Origin: Octopus vulgaris
Taxonomy: Eukaryota
Direction of reading: 5' to 3'
Assembly: GCA_951406725.2 (NCBI GenBank)
Contig: OX597814.1
Location: 38,812,001 to 38,876,000 of the forward strand
Length of the DNA stretch: 64,000 nt
In this document: piece by piece, positions 42,452 through 54,693 of the stretch
Layout of the letters: each line of letters begins with the position of its first letter
Numbering within the stretch: position 1 is the stretch's first letter
The notes under the pieces: model-generated
Told to the model about the DNA's origin: nothing
Seen by the model: the letters and a program-made list of their open reading frames with translations, nothing else
Database searches by the model: none
Position numbers and translations under genes: made by a program

Positions 42452-43760
42452 ACACACTTAAGTACATGCGCGTGTCTGTGTCAGTTTGTATGTTTGTGTG
42501 TGTGAACGCACGTCTTTGTGTGTGTGCGTGTATTGCATGAAGAGATAATTTTCAGGCGACAAAAATAGGCGATTGTAATTGGAAATAAACTGGAAAATGT
42601 GCAAGGGGAGTGCAGTGAGGACAACTTTCGCCAATCGCCTGTACATGCATTAATTTTGGGAACACTGTTTGAAATATCCGGGGAAAATCTTAGAGCACGT
42701 TTCAGCAATAATATCACTATTCTCCTTTTTAATTTATGATTGGAAACGTGTGGTGTAGCATTTGGCGTTTGCTAGAAACACAAATCCAGCACGCGAAAAC
42801 CGTTTATTAATGTCTCATCTTACGTTGCTGTATGACACTTATGTTTTTTCCTTTACCTCTTAATTTCCAAATATACTTTAGAATTCGTTGGCATTTTGTA
42901 GTTGGCGAAGATGGAATACGATTTCGAAATGCAAGGCAATTTTATAGGTGTGCACTGTAAATTTATGTAGTCTCTTGAAACGTTGTTACTGGAGACGCTC
43001 TCATAGTAGAAACGTATTTGTGCCAAAGAATGGTATACCGATATAATAGGTCCACAATCTGGTTTCAATATATGTTATGTTATACGATAATCTACAAACG
43101 TCAACTGGGTTTAGTCTTGTTATTTTTTAGCACAATACCTCTCTTATCAATCAAAGATCTGATCAAATAATAACCCAGTCAGTTACATCTAGGAAACAAA
43201 TCGGAATTCTATAGCATTTACCAATCACTTGTATTCCATTTTTAAATAAGTCAAAGAAAAAGAAGTTCCCTTCCGAACAATCAAAATTCCAGAAGAAGCA
43301 GACCCAACAGATATCAAGTTCTGCCAACATAAGTTAGGCACCACTTTCAGATAATGCAGTACAAGACATCCATAAAGAAAACGTGTCAACGTTTAGAATA
43401 TGCAAAAGCATAGGTCTGCTGGAGTAGAAAGAAGGAAACAAAGTGAAAGAAATTTTATCACATTTTCTATGATATTACATAGTTTTAAAATTTCCATATA
43501 TGCATAAATACACACTCACACATAGGTATAGATTGTATATGCAAACACACACACAGACACACACACACACACACATTACCACAAATTTATTTATATATAT
43601 ATGTCTACTCAGTTAATTTATACTCAGTTTCATCAGGCGATTATTCGGAGATAAAATTAAATATAAGTCCACAAACACCGCTATTCAGACAACATCAGCA
43701 CAAAAGTGTATCCATGTATATGTTTGCATATTTATAAGAGGCTATAAATCTGTGGCAATT

Positions 43761-43795
<35 letters not shown>

Positions 43796-43900
43796 GCTAT
43801 CTATCTACTTATCCGTCTCTCTTTGTTTCTTTCTTTCTTGTAATACCTAGATAGGTCTCGGCCAGAATAGGCTATACATATATATGTATATATAATTCAT

Positions 43901-44256
43901 AAAATTCGGAGTGAAGAAGAATAGTTACGGTTGGACATTTATTTTTGAATCACTACCATTGTTTCCACACAACACAGTTCTTAAGGCATGCAGGTACTTG
44001 ATTCCGCAACCGCTCCCCTGCATTATGAGATCCAGTCGTGTTTCCTCAGGTGATATACAAATACTGTTTCTGTAAGTTCAAAATCCACTTCAAGAACATC
44101 CTCTCAGTCTGACGTGGCCTCAATTTAGTGGTAGTCAAGGAAGCGGTTTCATAATCAGGTACCTGCACGCGTCGAGAACTACGTTGTGTGGAAACAACTG
44201 TAGTGATTAAAATATAAGATTTCAACTGTACATTTTCTTGTTCACTCGATATTTTC
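43901..44256. repeat. Inverted pair of ~115-bp related sequences (43901-44015 / 44140-44256), putative Penelope terminal repeats
   Basis: aatcactaccattgtttccacacaacacagttcttaaggcatgcaggtacttgatt versus the right-arm reverse complement aatcactacagttgtttccacacaacgtagttctcgacgcgtgcaggtacctgatt. Confidence 0.85.
43949..44054 (-). ncRNA. Type I hammerhead-ribozyme-like motif with extended stem II
   Basis: Minus strand: atcac-CTGAGGA-a.acacgac...atgcagg...cctgcat...gttgtgt.g-GAAA-c-aatg-GTA-gtgat. Stem I atcac/gtgat, stem III ac/gt, cleavage triplet GUA. The first pair of stem II is an A.G mismatch. Confidence 0.6.
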
Positions 44257-44454
44257 TCTTATCTGTTTACAAACAATTGATGCCCAAACGCAAACCTGGA
44301 AGTACATATAATACTACTACTGGATAGTAAAGGCTAAATCTAGTGGAAAAGCTTTATACTATAAGCTACTACGTGCTTAACAGAATATACCATAACTATA
44401 TGTGTACGCGTGTGTGTGTGCATGTGTTTGCGTCTGTGTGTATGCGTGTATGAA

Positions 44455-44720
44455 GGTTGATGGCTCGGTGGTTAGAGCGTCGAGCTTAGGATCGTGAGCT
44501 CGACTCCCGGACTGTGTTGTGTGTTTTCTTCAGCAAGACACGTTGCTCCAGTTTACTCATCAGTAGAAATGATTTGAGACATCACTGGTCCCAAGCTGCA
44601 TCGGCCTATGGCTTTCCTTTGGTTAATATCGGTTAACTGCAGAGGAGACGATTGTATGCATGGACGACTTCTGCGCCTAGGAGCAGTGCCATGGTTATTC
44701 GTGACTGAAGTTGGTCTTAT
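44455..44720 (+). mobile_element. tRNA-derived SINE, family C
   Basis: tggctcggtggttagagcgtcgagc (A box), gagctcgactcccgg (B box-like), then gcaagacacgttgctccagtttactca. Confidence 0.75.
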
Positions 44721-45704
44721 ATCTGTGTGTGTGTGTGTGTGTGTGTGTCTTAAGATCCTTCGAAGAGCAGTTGTTGTCATGTGTTTCTGCCTCAGTAGGA
44801 CATTAGTACAGCAACTTTCCTAACCTATCCACATCTGTCGAGATACATAAGCATATAGGCATATATGCTAATTTTTTAGTATATATATATATATATATAT
44901 ATATATGGGGGGGGCGGTATGTGTGAAATTTGAGAGATACAGAAGGGAGCAGGGAAATAGACAGACAGAGAAATAGATACATAAATAGATTGGTAGATAG
45001 ATAGATAGATAGATAGTTAGAAAGCCCCATCTTTCAAGAAATGCATGCTGGTGAGGACCACATATAACATAATATTTTTCGTATTGCCTAAACAAATATA
45101 TTTGATAGTATTCATAATATTGATATATCTAATTAATTACTGAATGCATTGATGTATTTTTTTCAATTACATTCGGATTCAACTCATATTTGAACAAAAT
45201 TGTAACTCACAATTTATTATAGATAGCTACATCAGATTGTTTGTGCAAAACATTCCATGTCAATACGATGTTGCAGACTATAGCGCATCAATGAGTTTCT
45301 AGCTAATTTGATCATATAGCTGATATGAGAAATGATAGAGTAACGGGACGGTTAGAAAGATCGTGAAGAATTGATGACCGATAAAATTTGCCGCCTGCCT
45401 TTGTGGCTTGTTTACTATAAATCCTCGAAGCAGCCTCGCAAATAGGATCAGTTGTTGATTAGAGTAATTACTGCTCTAGTCGATAGCAGAGCGATGCTGG
45501 AGAATATCAATAGCAAAGCTATGATAAATGACCAGTGAACACCAATGTGTGATGTTAGAAGAATGTTGCCATCGTTAATTCATATGTTATCTTTATTATT
45601 TCCCTTCTGTTTACAACGCCGGAATTTTTCTTTTTTTGTTTTATGTCTATTTAATAGTAGTTTTTTCTTTTCCTTTAATCTTTATTTTGGTATTATAATT
45701 GTGC

Positions 45705-45792
45705 AGTTGTTGTTGTTATTATTATTATTATCATTATTATTATCATCATCATTATTATTATTATTATCATTATTATTATTATTATAATTATA

Positions 45793-45831
<39 letters not shown>

Positions 45832-45858
45832 TATCGTCATCATCATCTGTAGCACAAG

Positions 45859-45889
<31 letters not shown>

Positions 45890-45920
45890 GCAAGTAGTTG
45901 TATCAGTAGCAGTAGAAGTG

Positions 45921-45952
<32 letters not shown>

Positions 45953-45953
45953 T
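45705..45953. repeat. Compound (TTA)n/(CTA)n/(GCA)n microsatellite
   Basis: Seen directly. Confidence 0.93.
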
Positions 45954-46159
45954 TAACAGAAACGTTAGAAATTTGGAAGACGTAGAAGTCATTATTTTTT
46001 CCAGGATTTAACGTTATCCTTTCTAATCTCACTGAGTTCACGTCCACCATTAACACTTCGGGGTCCATTAAAAAAATGTATCCATCAAATAGTGGCTTTG
46101 GTGTAATTATTTTGACCCCCACAACTACCAAAAATTTTAACGCTGTTTCTAAATTTGAA

Positions 46160-46273
46160 ACCACCACCACCAGCACCATGACCACTACCACAATTCCTTA
46201 TACTACTACTACCACCACCACCAACACTACTACTACTATTACTAATGCTGCTGCTACCACCACCACCACCACA

Positions 46274-46314
<41 letters not shown>

Positions 46315-46367
46315 CACTACTTTCACTACTACTATTACTACCACCACCATCACCACTACCACCAATT

Positions 46368-46402
<35 letters not shown>

Positions 46403-46454
46403 GCCACTACTACTACTACTACTGCTGCTGCTGCTACTACCACTACTACTACTG

Positions 46455-46489
<35 letters not shown>

Positions 46490-46668
46490 GTCATCACCAT
46501 TTTTCATCGTCGTCATTATCACAATATTCTCATCTTCGTCAGGGTCTACATCGTCGTTGTCATTATCATGAGGATCATCAATATTATTTTCATCATCCTC
46601 ATCATCATCATCATTATTACCGTCATCATCTTCATCATCATCATCATCATCCTCATCATCATCATCAA
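46160..46668. repeat. Compound (TAC/CAC)n and (CAT)n microsatellite
   Basis: Seen directly; low-complexity ORFs appear on both strands. Confidence 0.93.
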
Positions 46669-48093
46669 TGCTTTTGAAATTTAAATATAGTTCCATTTGT
46701 TGTTTCCTCTAACGTTACGTATTGCCTCGCCACACATCAAGTGTTTGTTCTCAATTACAGCAACTCGTGACTTCTAACGTCGGCACTTCTGTAATTCTAT
46801 CAACTATTGCCAATCAATTACATATGCTGCTCGTTTCTGTTTGGTCAGCTTTAATGTAAATCTGCCCACTTTATTTGAGCAGCTATTTTGTCTTAGGCAT
46901 TCATCTCTTGATTTAGATTCGTGCTGTAAATATATTCATTTCACATTTTACATTTCTAGTACGTCTCGCGATGAACAACATATTGACAATAACACGATAT
47001 CAGCGATTTGCTTTTCTTTTTTTTTGTTTTGCATATATTTATTGATTCAAAGAAATGTATGCTTTTGACTATCTATAATCATCATAATTTACATCTTAAA
47101 GTGTTATTAACTACATTTATTAATCTGTAGATTCTGTGTTATATTATAGAAATTGTATGTATATACGTTATATTTACATATACACATGCACTCACAATTT
47201 GAAATTTTCAAAGATATTCCTGTTCTCATAGCAGTCCATCTACGATATCTCAGGAATTTTAGAGAATACAATGGAGATTTTATATGAGCAATGCTTTTAG
47301 AATTGCATTATAAACACAAGCAATTAGATTATGGTCAACCTCTGATAATGAAATGCATTGGTGCTATAGTAAAAAAAAAATCAGCTTTGAATATTTATTA
47401 CCAACATAATCAAGTATGTGGAAATATGAATTGCATTTCACATAGATGTCCGCTGGCAACTTTAAAAAGAAATCCGTTTAATACTGATACACATAATTTA
47501 TTCCCCGTATTAAATTTATTCCCCGTATTAAATTATGTTGATGAAAATTCGACTTCATAATTTAATTTTGACAGTTATATATCTCTGATTTGAAAGCATC
47601 ACATATTTAACTGTGAACGATATATTGTAATGTAAGTTTATCATAATAAGATTATCTTAATCTTTAGTTTAACATTTATTTTTCTATGAGTATATTCTAT
47701 CTAATCACGATTTATCCACCTACCAACATAGATTAATCCTAGTTTCTTCAAATACAAACAGCTTACGACAGATAGACATTATTGTACTATTCATTACTAT
47801 CTCAAGATCCGTAAATCATACCAGTAATGAAGACAGTGAATTAAACAATAGTCTAAATACTTTCAATATCCCTAAGACAAACACTTCAGAGGATAGAATA
47901 TACATTAAATTTAATATCAGGCGTTTAAACAAATGATCAACACCAAGTTATACTACAGTAACAAACTACCCGTATACATACCTACATGTATGCATAGATA
48001 CACCATTCACAAGTAAGCGGACATATGGCAATCTGTGTGCGTTTATGTGCATCTATCAATCTATATCTGTCTCTCTGTATATTTATCTTTGCA

Positions 48094-48405
48094 TTCTTTT
48101 ATTCTTTCACTTGTTTCAGTTATTTAACTGCGACTATGCTGGTGCACCGCCTTTAATCGTGCAAATCGTTCCCTTAACAGGATTTATTCTTTGTAAGACC
48201 AGTACATAATCTATCGATCTCCTTTGCAGAACCACTTGGTTACGGGAACGAAAAGACCCGCAACGGTTGTCAAATGATGTTGTGGGAAACAAACACAGGC
48301 TCTCTCTCGCTCTCCCTCTCTCAGGCGCACACACACATAGCTCGAGGCTCTAGTAGAAAACTTTTGCCCAAGGTGCTAAACAGTGGGACTTACTCCAGAA
48401 CCATG
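48094..48405 (-). mobile_element. SINE family B with LINE-type 3' tail
   Basis: Minus strand catggttctggagtaagtcccactgtttagcaccttgggcaaaag... ending ggcggtgcaccagcatagtcgcagttaaataactgaaacaagtgaaagaataaaagaa. Confidence 0.8.
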
Positions 48406-48411
48406 CATATA

Positions 48412-49303
48412 TACATGGTACAGTGAATAAACTATCGTGTAAGTTACGCAAAAACAAAAATTCCACTAACATCTCATTTTAACAGAAATATTTACCAAAA
48501 TTATATGCAAAATATTTTGAAAAAATAATGATTAAATTTTTATTAAATAAAATCACCAATGCTTCAAACATGGACTCCAGGCGACTAGGGAAAATCTTGC
48601 AACTTTTCTGGATGATCTCCGTATTTAAGTTCATGAATGCTACCATGACCCTTGCCTTCAGTTCATCTTTGGTATTATAAGGAGTTTTGTTTCTCACTCG
48701 CTCAAATGCACCCTACACATAATAAACAGTGGCGTTGCAGACTTGGGAGTTAGTTGGTCAGATGTTAGGGAAGATGTCGTTGCAGAAATTGTCTGATAGC
48801 CAGGAATGGTCTCTCTTTTTTGGGTGACATGGTTCAGAGTCCTGTTACCAGATTTAGGGTCTTCCAGTAGCCGCCCTCTTGACTCAGGGCAGCACTAACT
48901 CCTCCATGTACTTGACAGGTGTCCGTGTTGAGTCTGAGGTTGTGTGGGAAGATGAAAGGGAGCATAATGTCAACATCACTAGTGATCACTCCAAGCACCA
49001 TGATGTTGTCGTTTCTTTGATTTTTATTAGTCTCGGTACATATGCTCAGATTGCACTGTCCACAGATTGCACAGTCCTTAGACACTATGAAATGTTCGTG
49101 CTGGAGCTTCAAGCGCGAATGCCATGCAGTGTAGCATGTCGTTTCTAAATTTCTGGCAGAGGTAATTGCCTCATGGTGCTGTTTTTCTCACAGCTAGTGC
49201 CCGACTGAATCTACTATATTGTTCAGACAACACAATCAAAAATAATCAACGACGGTGCGCAAAACTAAGAAAATGAAAGGGAAGAATTTACGCATCACAC
49301 CAT

Positions 49304-49306
<3 letters not shown>
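48412..49306 (-). mobile_element. Internally deleted maT/DD37D-like transposon
   Basis: ORFs IMVLGVITSDVDIMLPFIF and NKTPYNTKDELKARVMVAF...SRLESMFEA. Hand translation between them IW*QDSEPCH...WLSDNF...*PTNSQVCNATVYYV*G. Degenerate TIR-like ends tacatggtacagtgaataaact and aatttacgcatcacaccataca. Confidence 0.8.
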
Positions 49307-49370
<64 letters not shown>

Positions 49371-49372
<2 letters not shown>

Positions 49373-49572
49373 CGGGAAGCTTTATAAGGCAGGTGGAATA
49401 CAAACAAACAATTGTATTAGTATGGCGCTCAGGAATATAAATAAAACAAGTCTTTTACGTTTCGAGCCTATATATATATATGCCTTCCTGAGGGTCCAAT
49501 AACATTATATTTGTTCCACGTCCTCGCGTTGTTGTGTTTTCTCTTTGTGTTTTTATGCTTGGATTAACTATA
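49371..49572. mobile_element. Two opposed putative Penelope terminal-repeat fragments (49371-49470 -, 49481-49572 +)
   Basis: The first matches the 30.9-31.2 kb repeat (gctcgaaacgtaaaaga...atactaatac). The second matches 14155-14240. Confidence 0.6.
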
Positions 49573-49669
49573 TATATACAATGTTTTATTTTGCTTTTAG
49601 AAGTGTCGAATATGTATCGTATTACTTTCTTGTCTGAATAATATTATAATACAACACACACACATACTG

Positions 49670-50520
49670 TCTTAAAAACCTCCATCAATCTTCTCGGCAT
49701 AGCTGTTAGCTTCCACCACTTCATCATTTATAAACAAACAGACTCACACGTCTACCTCTACTTCTCCTCCTCCCTCATACTTACACCAGACTATCCTTCC
49801 CCTACTCCCAGTTTCTACGTCTCTGCCGGCTCTGCAACGCCTTTGGCTTCATGAAACATTCCCAAATCATACTTCACCAACTTAATCTTCATAGAAACTT
49901 CTTCACTGTAACAAACAGCCTTCGGCCGTACTTCGTCTTTTTCTCCTCTTACCGGCCACACCCTTACTCATCTCCCTTTCCCTTTCACCTACCACACTTC
50001 ACACTATCCCTGTAACGAACATTTTTCTGAGCCACTTGCGGATTCCAAGCCAACCCCTCTATTTCCTGCATCTCTCTTAACCCAGACTTCTCTTCTTCAA
50101 ACGCGTTCACAAACAACGTGACCCTGCTCCCCAGTTTCTTCCTCACACCTCGCACGCAACTTGGATCCTTTTCTTGCTCTTGTCCATGCCGTCGCACCTG
50201 CCGCTATCTATTCTTTCTATTCAACAGTACTATCCCACCACCACCCCTATAACATCACTGATTGAGTCATCTATGCTTCCAGCAATGTTATCTACTGTAT
50301 CTCCCGCTCTCTTTGCCTTTCCCTGTACACTAGTGAGATGGTACGGTGTTTAGCCGACCGGATCGCCTAATATCAGCGGGACATCAAACTCGGCTCTGAC
50401 ACCTTCGTCTCACGTTATTTCCGCTCGACCGGTCTTTCGCTACATCTGTCTTTTTTCGGAGTGAACTTGCACAGAAGCCACCTGGTATCCCACCCCGCCC
50501 CACCCAGAGCAAAGCATGAT
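49670..50520 (+). mobile_element. Penelope-like retroelement (decayed RT C-terminus plus GIY-YIG); C/T-rich 3' region may extend to ~51500
   Basis: Hand translation across frameshifts: YKQTDSHVYLYFSSS, YSQFLRLCRLC (YKPTDSHxYL...PYSQFLRLRRLC), FFKRVHKQRD, GSFSCSCPCRRTCRYL, SNVIYCISRSLC, LYTSEMVRCLADRI (VIYCIxCxxC..YIGETxRxLxxR). Confidence 0.82.
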
Positions 50521-52034
50521 TTTCTTTATTATTTCCTCTGCTACTAATAGTCATAAATAGTCACTTCTTTTCATCAAGCCTACCCCTATATACACCACAC
50601 ACCTCACAACTTCCACTTCCCCTCATTCTTAACTCCCACATGCTTGTACTCTGTTAATCCAGTACTCATACCGTTCCAACTAGGCACACCTGAACACACT
50701 CACACTCCCCCCACTATACACACACAATCCTCTAACACCTGCGTTCACCCCTATTCCACCTTCAAACTCCAAGCATCCTCCACAACACAACTATCTACGT
50801 CTGATGGCCTCTCACACAAAAACAGGGACCCTGACACACATACATGCTCAAACGCAGATCACACACACACCAACTTCATACACACACACACACTTTATCC
50901 GACATCTGCACGTACGCACACACTGTAACTGGTAATAGTGAATTATTTGTATACTAACATGTCAACCCCCTCCTCACTCTCTATTCACCCCCCTCTATTC
51001 AATTTCGTATACCTTTACATTGCACTGTACACCCGCTCTATTACAAACCGACATTCATTATTCCACTAAACACTGCTACCTTGACCACCACCACCACCAC
51101 CCCAGTCTTTCCACGCCCTCTTTCTTCTCTCATACCTTTCGACAAACTTTTGTAATCCCCCTCTGCACTGAACTAGACACTTTTCTTCCCTCACATAAAA
51201 ATCAGTTCTTATCCCACGATCTCAACCAATAATTCTATTCATTTCATCCCACAATTTTTGCAAACACAATACAATACACAATCATATATACACTATCTAG
51301 CCCACCCACCGATTCATCTTCCTACTTTCCACCTTAACTACTGCTACCACCTTAGTAGCATCCTTATTAACCACTCACCCACCTTTAACAGTCTCTTCTT
51401 CTCATACCATTCCCTGTAACAATCCCCACCCCAGTCCTCACTCTAATATACTTTGCTCTGCACATTTAATCATTCCATTTTTGAACTTCTGTGCATTGAG
51501 ACCTGGAACGATAGACAGATAGATAGAGAGGAAATGGTGCGTAGAAATGGATGTACGGGACGACTTTTATATTTCGAGCTCTACATCCATTATCGCAATC
51601 CAGTCTGCCTTCAGTGTAGGATTTAAGTAACTTCTATATAGTGTAGTATTATTAGTTGATAATTACACATCAAACCTTGGCCAAATAGGGATAAACACAA
51701 CTTTACATCATAGTTTCTACGCGCGATTCAGGATCGAGATTGTTTTGAAAATTGATAGGTTGTTTCAAGTGCATTTAGAAACTTAACCAAAACATCGTCA
51801 GGGAAGACTTTATTGCGTGAAGTTACATATAGCGACCTATCAACTACATAGTTAAGTTATGCATTTTATTCAATGAATAAACCTTCCAAGAAAACTGCAT
51901 TGCAATCAAAATGAATTTTATAATCTTACACAATGATAATTTCAGTAGTTAGTCACTCCTTTACTATCCTTAATCTACTTAAAAATTAATGATCTACTAG
52001 CAGATACCGTGCAGTCAAAACTGACGGCTAATTG

Positions 52035-52172
52035 TACAGAGTGATTCAAAAATCACCATAAATAGGAAGAATTTATTTTTTTTATAAGAAACAGTCAAAT
52101 GAAATTTTAAAAAACTGTTTCGTATAAAAAATAAATTGCTCTTATGTCTGGCGACTTTTGAATCACCCTGTA
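52035..52172. mobile_element. Tc1/mariner-type MITE, 138 bp including TA TSDs
   Basis: TA-cagagtgattcaaaaatcacca ... tggcgacttttgaatcaccctg-TA; interior also palindromic. Confidence 0.88.
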
Positions 52173-52949
52173 GTATTATATATATATAAAGGATGCAGAA
52201 CGGGGAAGACAGAATCAAACAACTTTTCAACTCTGTGTGAGTATGTGTGTGTATGTGTGTGTGTGTGTGTCCTTGTGTGCATATGTATAGATTTATATGC
52301 ATGAGTAGCACAGTCTGCAGCGAACGTGGTTTCTATACTTTATCACAATCGCCTTCCTCTTTATGTATGCGCGTCTGTTTATATATATGCATGTAAAAAT
52401 ACCCGTGTCTGGAAATATATTTTCTTTGTATCTTTCTAAATAAACATACATAATCTCATATAGACTCACTCAAATATAATATATAAATATATTTTACACA
52501 AACACCCACACATACACGACAAACATTCACATGCCTCCCTTTTACACGCACACACATATATACTAACACATATTTGAAGTGCTGTTTGATTTTCTTTTTC
52601 ACCGTTGAATTTTCACCATTCCACTTCCAACGGTGGATATATCAATATATTTTACACAGATACACACATAAATCTTCACATAATTATAATAGCCAATGCG
52701 TGTAGCCAATTCGCAATACATATAAACCCACACACGCCGTTCAGTATGTTATCAACCCTTCCTTCGTAGTTCATATCTTGTGACGCACAAAAACAAAAGA
52801 GTATTACATATTAGTAGACACTAACCCTACGAATTTACACACACACATTACTAACGTAGAATGCGAAGACTTTTTTTTCTTTTGTTGGATTTGAATAGAA
52901 TCATAATAATTATCATTACCATCATTCTATAATAATAATTAAAAAGATT

Positions 52950-53072
52950 GCAATTTTGGGGTCAAGGCCCCAGTTTTCAACTGGGAATTCTTTTGAGAGG
53001 ACGAAAATATATGTCGACGTCGGCAGAATTTTGAACTCAAACCGTAAGGCCGAAAGAAATGCCGCGAAGCGT
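52950..53072 (-). mobile_element. Degenerate SINE family A fragment
   Basis: gtcgacgtcggcagaattttgaactcaaaccgtaag...gaaatgccgcgaagc. Confidence 0.6.
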
Positions 53073-54058
53073 GATAAAAATTTTCGTAGATAACAATATT
53101 ATTATGATTATCGTCGCTATTGATCCTTTTTTGTGCCCATATATTAGGTCATTTTAACAAACAGCTATATGTTTTTAGAGCGTTGTTTTTGGTGTCATTT
53201 AACCATGTGGCTCTTGTTATTTCATTATAAATATAGTTTCGATTGGATTATGAACTCAAAATATGAAAAACCGAAATAGATACTTTAAATTTTCCTATAG
53301 ACACTCTAATCATTCCGATAATTCAACTTCTTGAGCTTGTATTTTACTTATTGACTGTTAAGGAACGTTAAAGAAATTTGGGCTTTGCCCACTGAAGAAA
53401 CTGTACAATGCCTATCACAAATACCCACAAGCCCGAATAGCTGTACAAACAGTGCATATTTTGCAAATAGTGCATACATTAGAGACAACATATGTGAAAT
53501 ATATTGCTAAATGAAAGGAAAATATATATAAAATTTGAATGTGCTACTTAGGGAAATACGTGTTAGATTGGTCTGACCATTTATTATTTACTTGTGCATT
53601 CTAAGATTAAAGGAGAATAGGAAATTTATTTAATAATATTTTAATCCATGTTTTGTTTTTATTAAAATTACTGATTTAGCTGTCTTTGCTTTAATTAACG
53701 CATAGTGTTTTGAGAATAATTAATATTTTTATCATGCCTTTATACTTACACGTATTCTTCATTCATTTCGCAGTTAATTAATCCTCCTTATTTACATTTT
53801 CTTTATATCGGCATATAATCCTGTAAACTATGAAACATCTCTCGTTTATTGTGCATATTTTCATAAATATATTTTACTGAAACCATTTATGTGACATAAA
53901 AAAGATATTAAATTTAATGACAATATCCTTGCTGCTGAATAAACTAACTAAGCGAATATTTTTTCCGTTTCAACACGCTATTATATACACTTGTTTTTAT
54001 TGGCTATTACTGTTTTATTTGCGATGCACAAAATTGGTTTATTATTATGCAATAAATA

Positions 54059-54266
54059 AAGGCGGCAATCTGGCAGAATCATTAGCACGCCGAGCGAAAT
54101 GCATAGCATTTACGTTCACAGTTTAAATTCGGCCAAGGTCGACTTTGCCTTTCATCCTTTCGGGGTCGACAAATTAAATACCAGTTGTGTACTGGAGTCG
54201 ATCTACTCAACTGGCCCTCTCCCTCCAAATTTCAGGCCTTGTTCCTATATTAGAAAGGTTATTATT
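54059..54266 (+). mobile_element. SINE family A, near full length with (ATT)n tail
   Basis: aaggcggcaatctggcagaatcattagcacgccg...gtcgactttgcctttcatcctttcggggtcga...ggccttgttcctatattagaaaggttattatt. Confidence 0.92.
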
Positions 54267-54434
54267 ATAAAATGAATAAAATATCATGAAGTCTTAAATT
54301 TTTCGCTGCAACATTGAAAACAATTACGTGCAAACAAAATCTGAACTCCAAAGGAAATATAATCCTCTAGTAACGATAATCATCGCCCTTTTCAAGGGCA
54401 CACACACGCCTATGTTTGTATGTATGTACGGATG

Positions 54435-54693
54435 TATGGGCGCGGTTTCCCGGTTTCTGTGGCGTATGTGTCCCCCCCCCCCAGCTAGACGGGACGCCAG
54501 TCCATTGCAGCGTTACTCAAGAAACAGGAAGGGATAATGAGAGAAAGCTGTGGCGAAAGAGTACAACAGGGGTCACCACCATGCCCTGCCGGAGCTTTTT
54601 AGGTGTTTTCGCTCAATAAATACACACAGCGCCCGGTCTGGTAATCGAAACCACGATCCTTCGACCGCGAGTCCGCTAGGCCATTGCGCCTCC
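54435..54693 (-). mobile_element. tRNA-derived SINE, family D
   Basis: Minus-strand head ggaggcgcaatggcctagcggactcgcggtcgaaggatcgtggtttcgattaccagaccgggcg (tRNA-like A/B boxes); GC-rich body. Confidence 0.8.

Noticed and set aside
42857-43091. Possible minus-strand exon (tttgtag| ... aagag|gtaaag)
   Set aside because: All three frames contain a stop within the 235 nt; no recognisable homology; such sites are common by chance in AT-rich DNA.
46076-46696. Mucin-like Thr-rich 202-aa ORF and Ser/Asp-rich antisense ORF
   Set aside because: Built from (TAC/CAC)n and (CAT)n microsatellites; open on both strands and several frames; no signal peptide or domain.
47495-47530. 18-bp tandem duplication aatttattccccgtatta
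   Set aside because: Ordinary slippage duplication with no further structure.
54620-54693. tRNA-like sequences (also at 44455, 35102, 54059)
   Set aside because: They are SINE heads: no complete cloverleaf, and they continue into repeat bodies.
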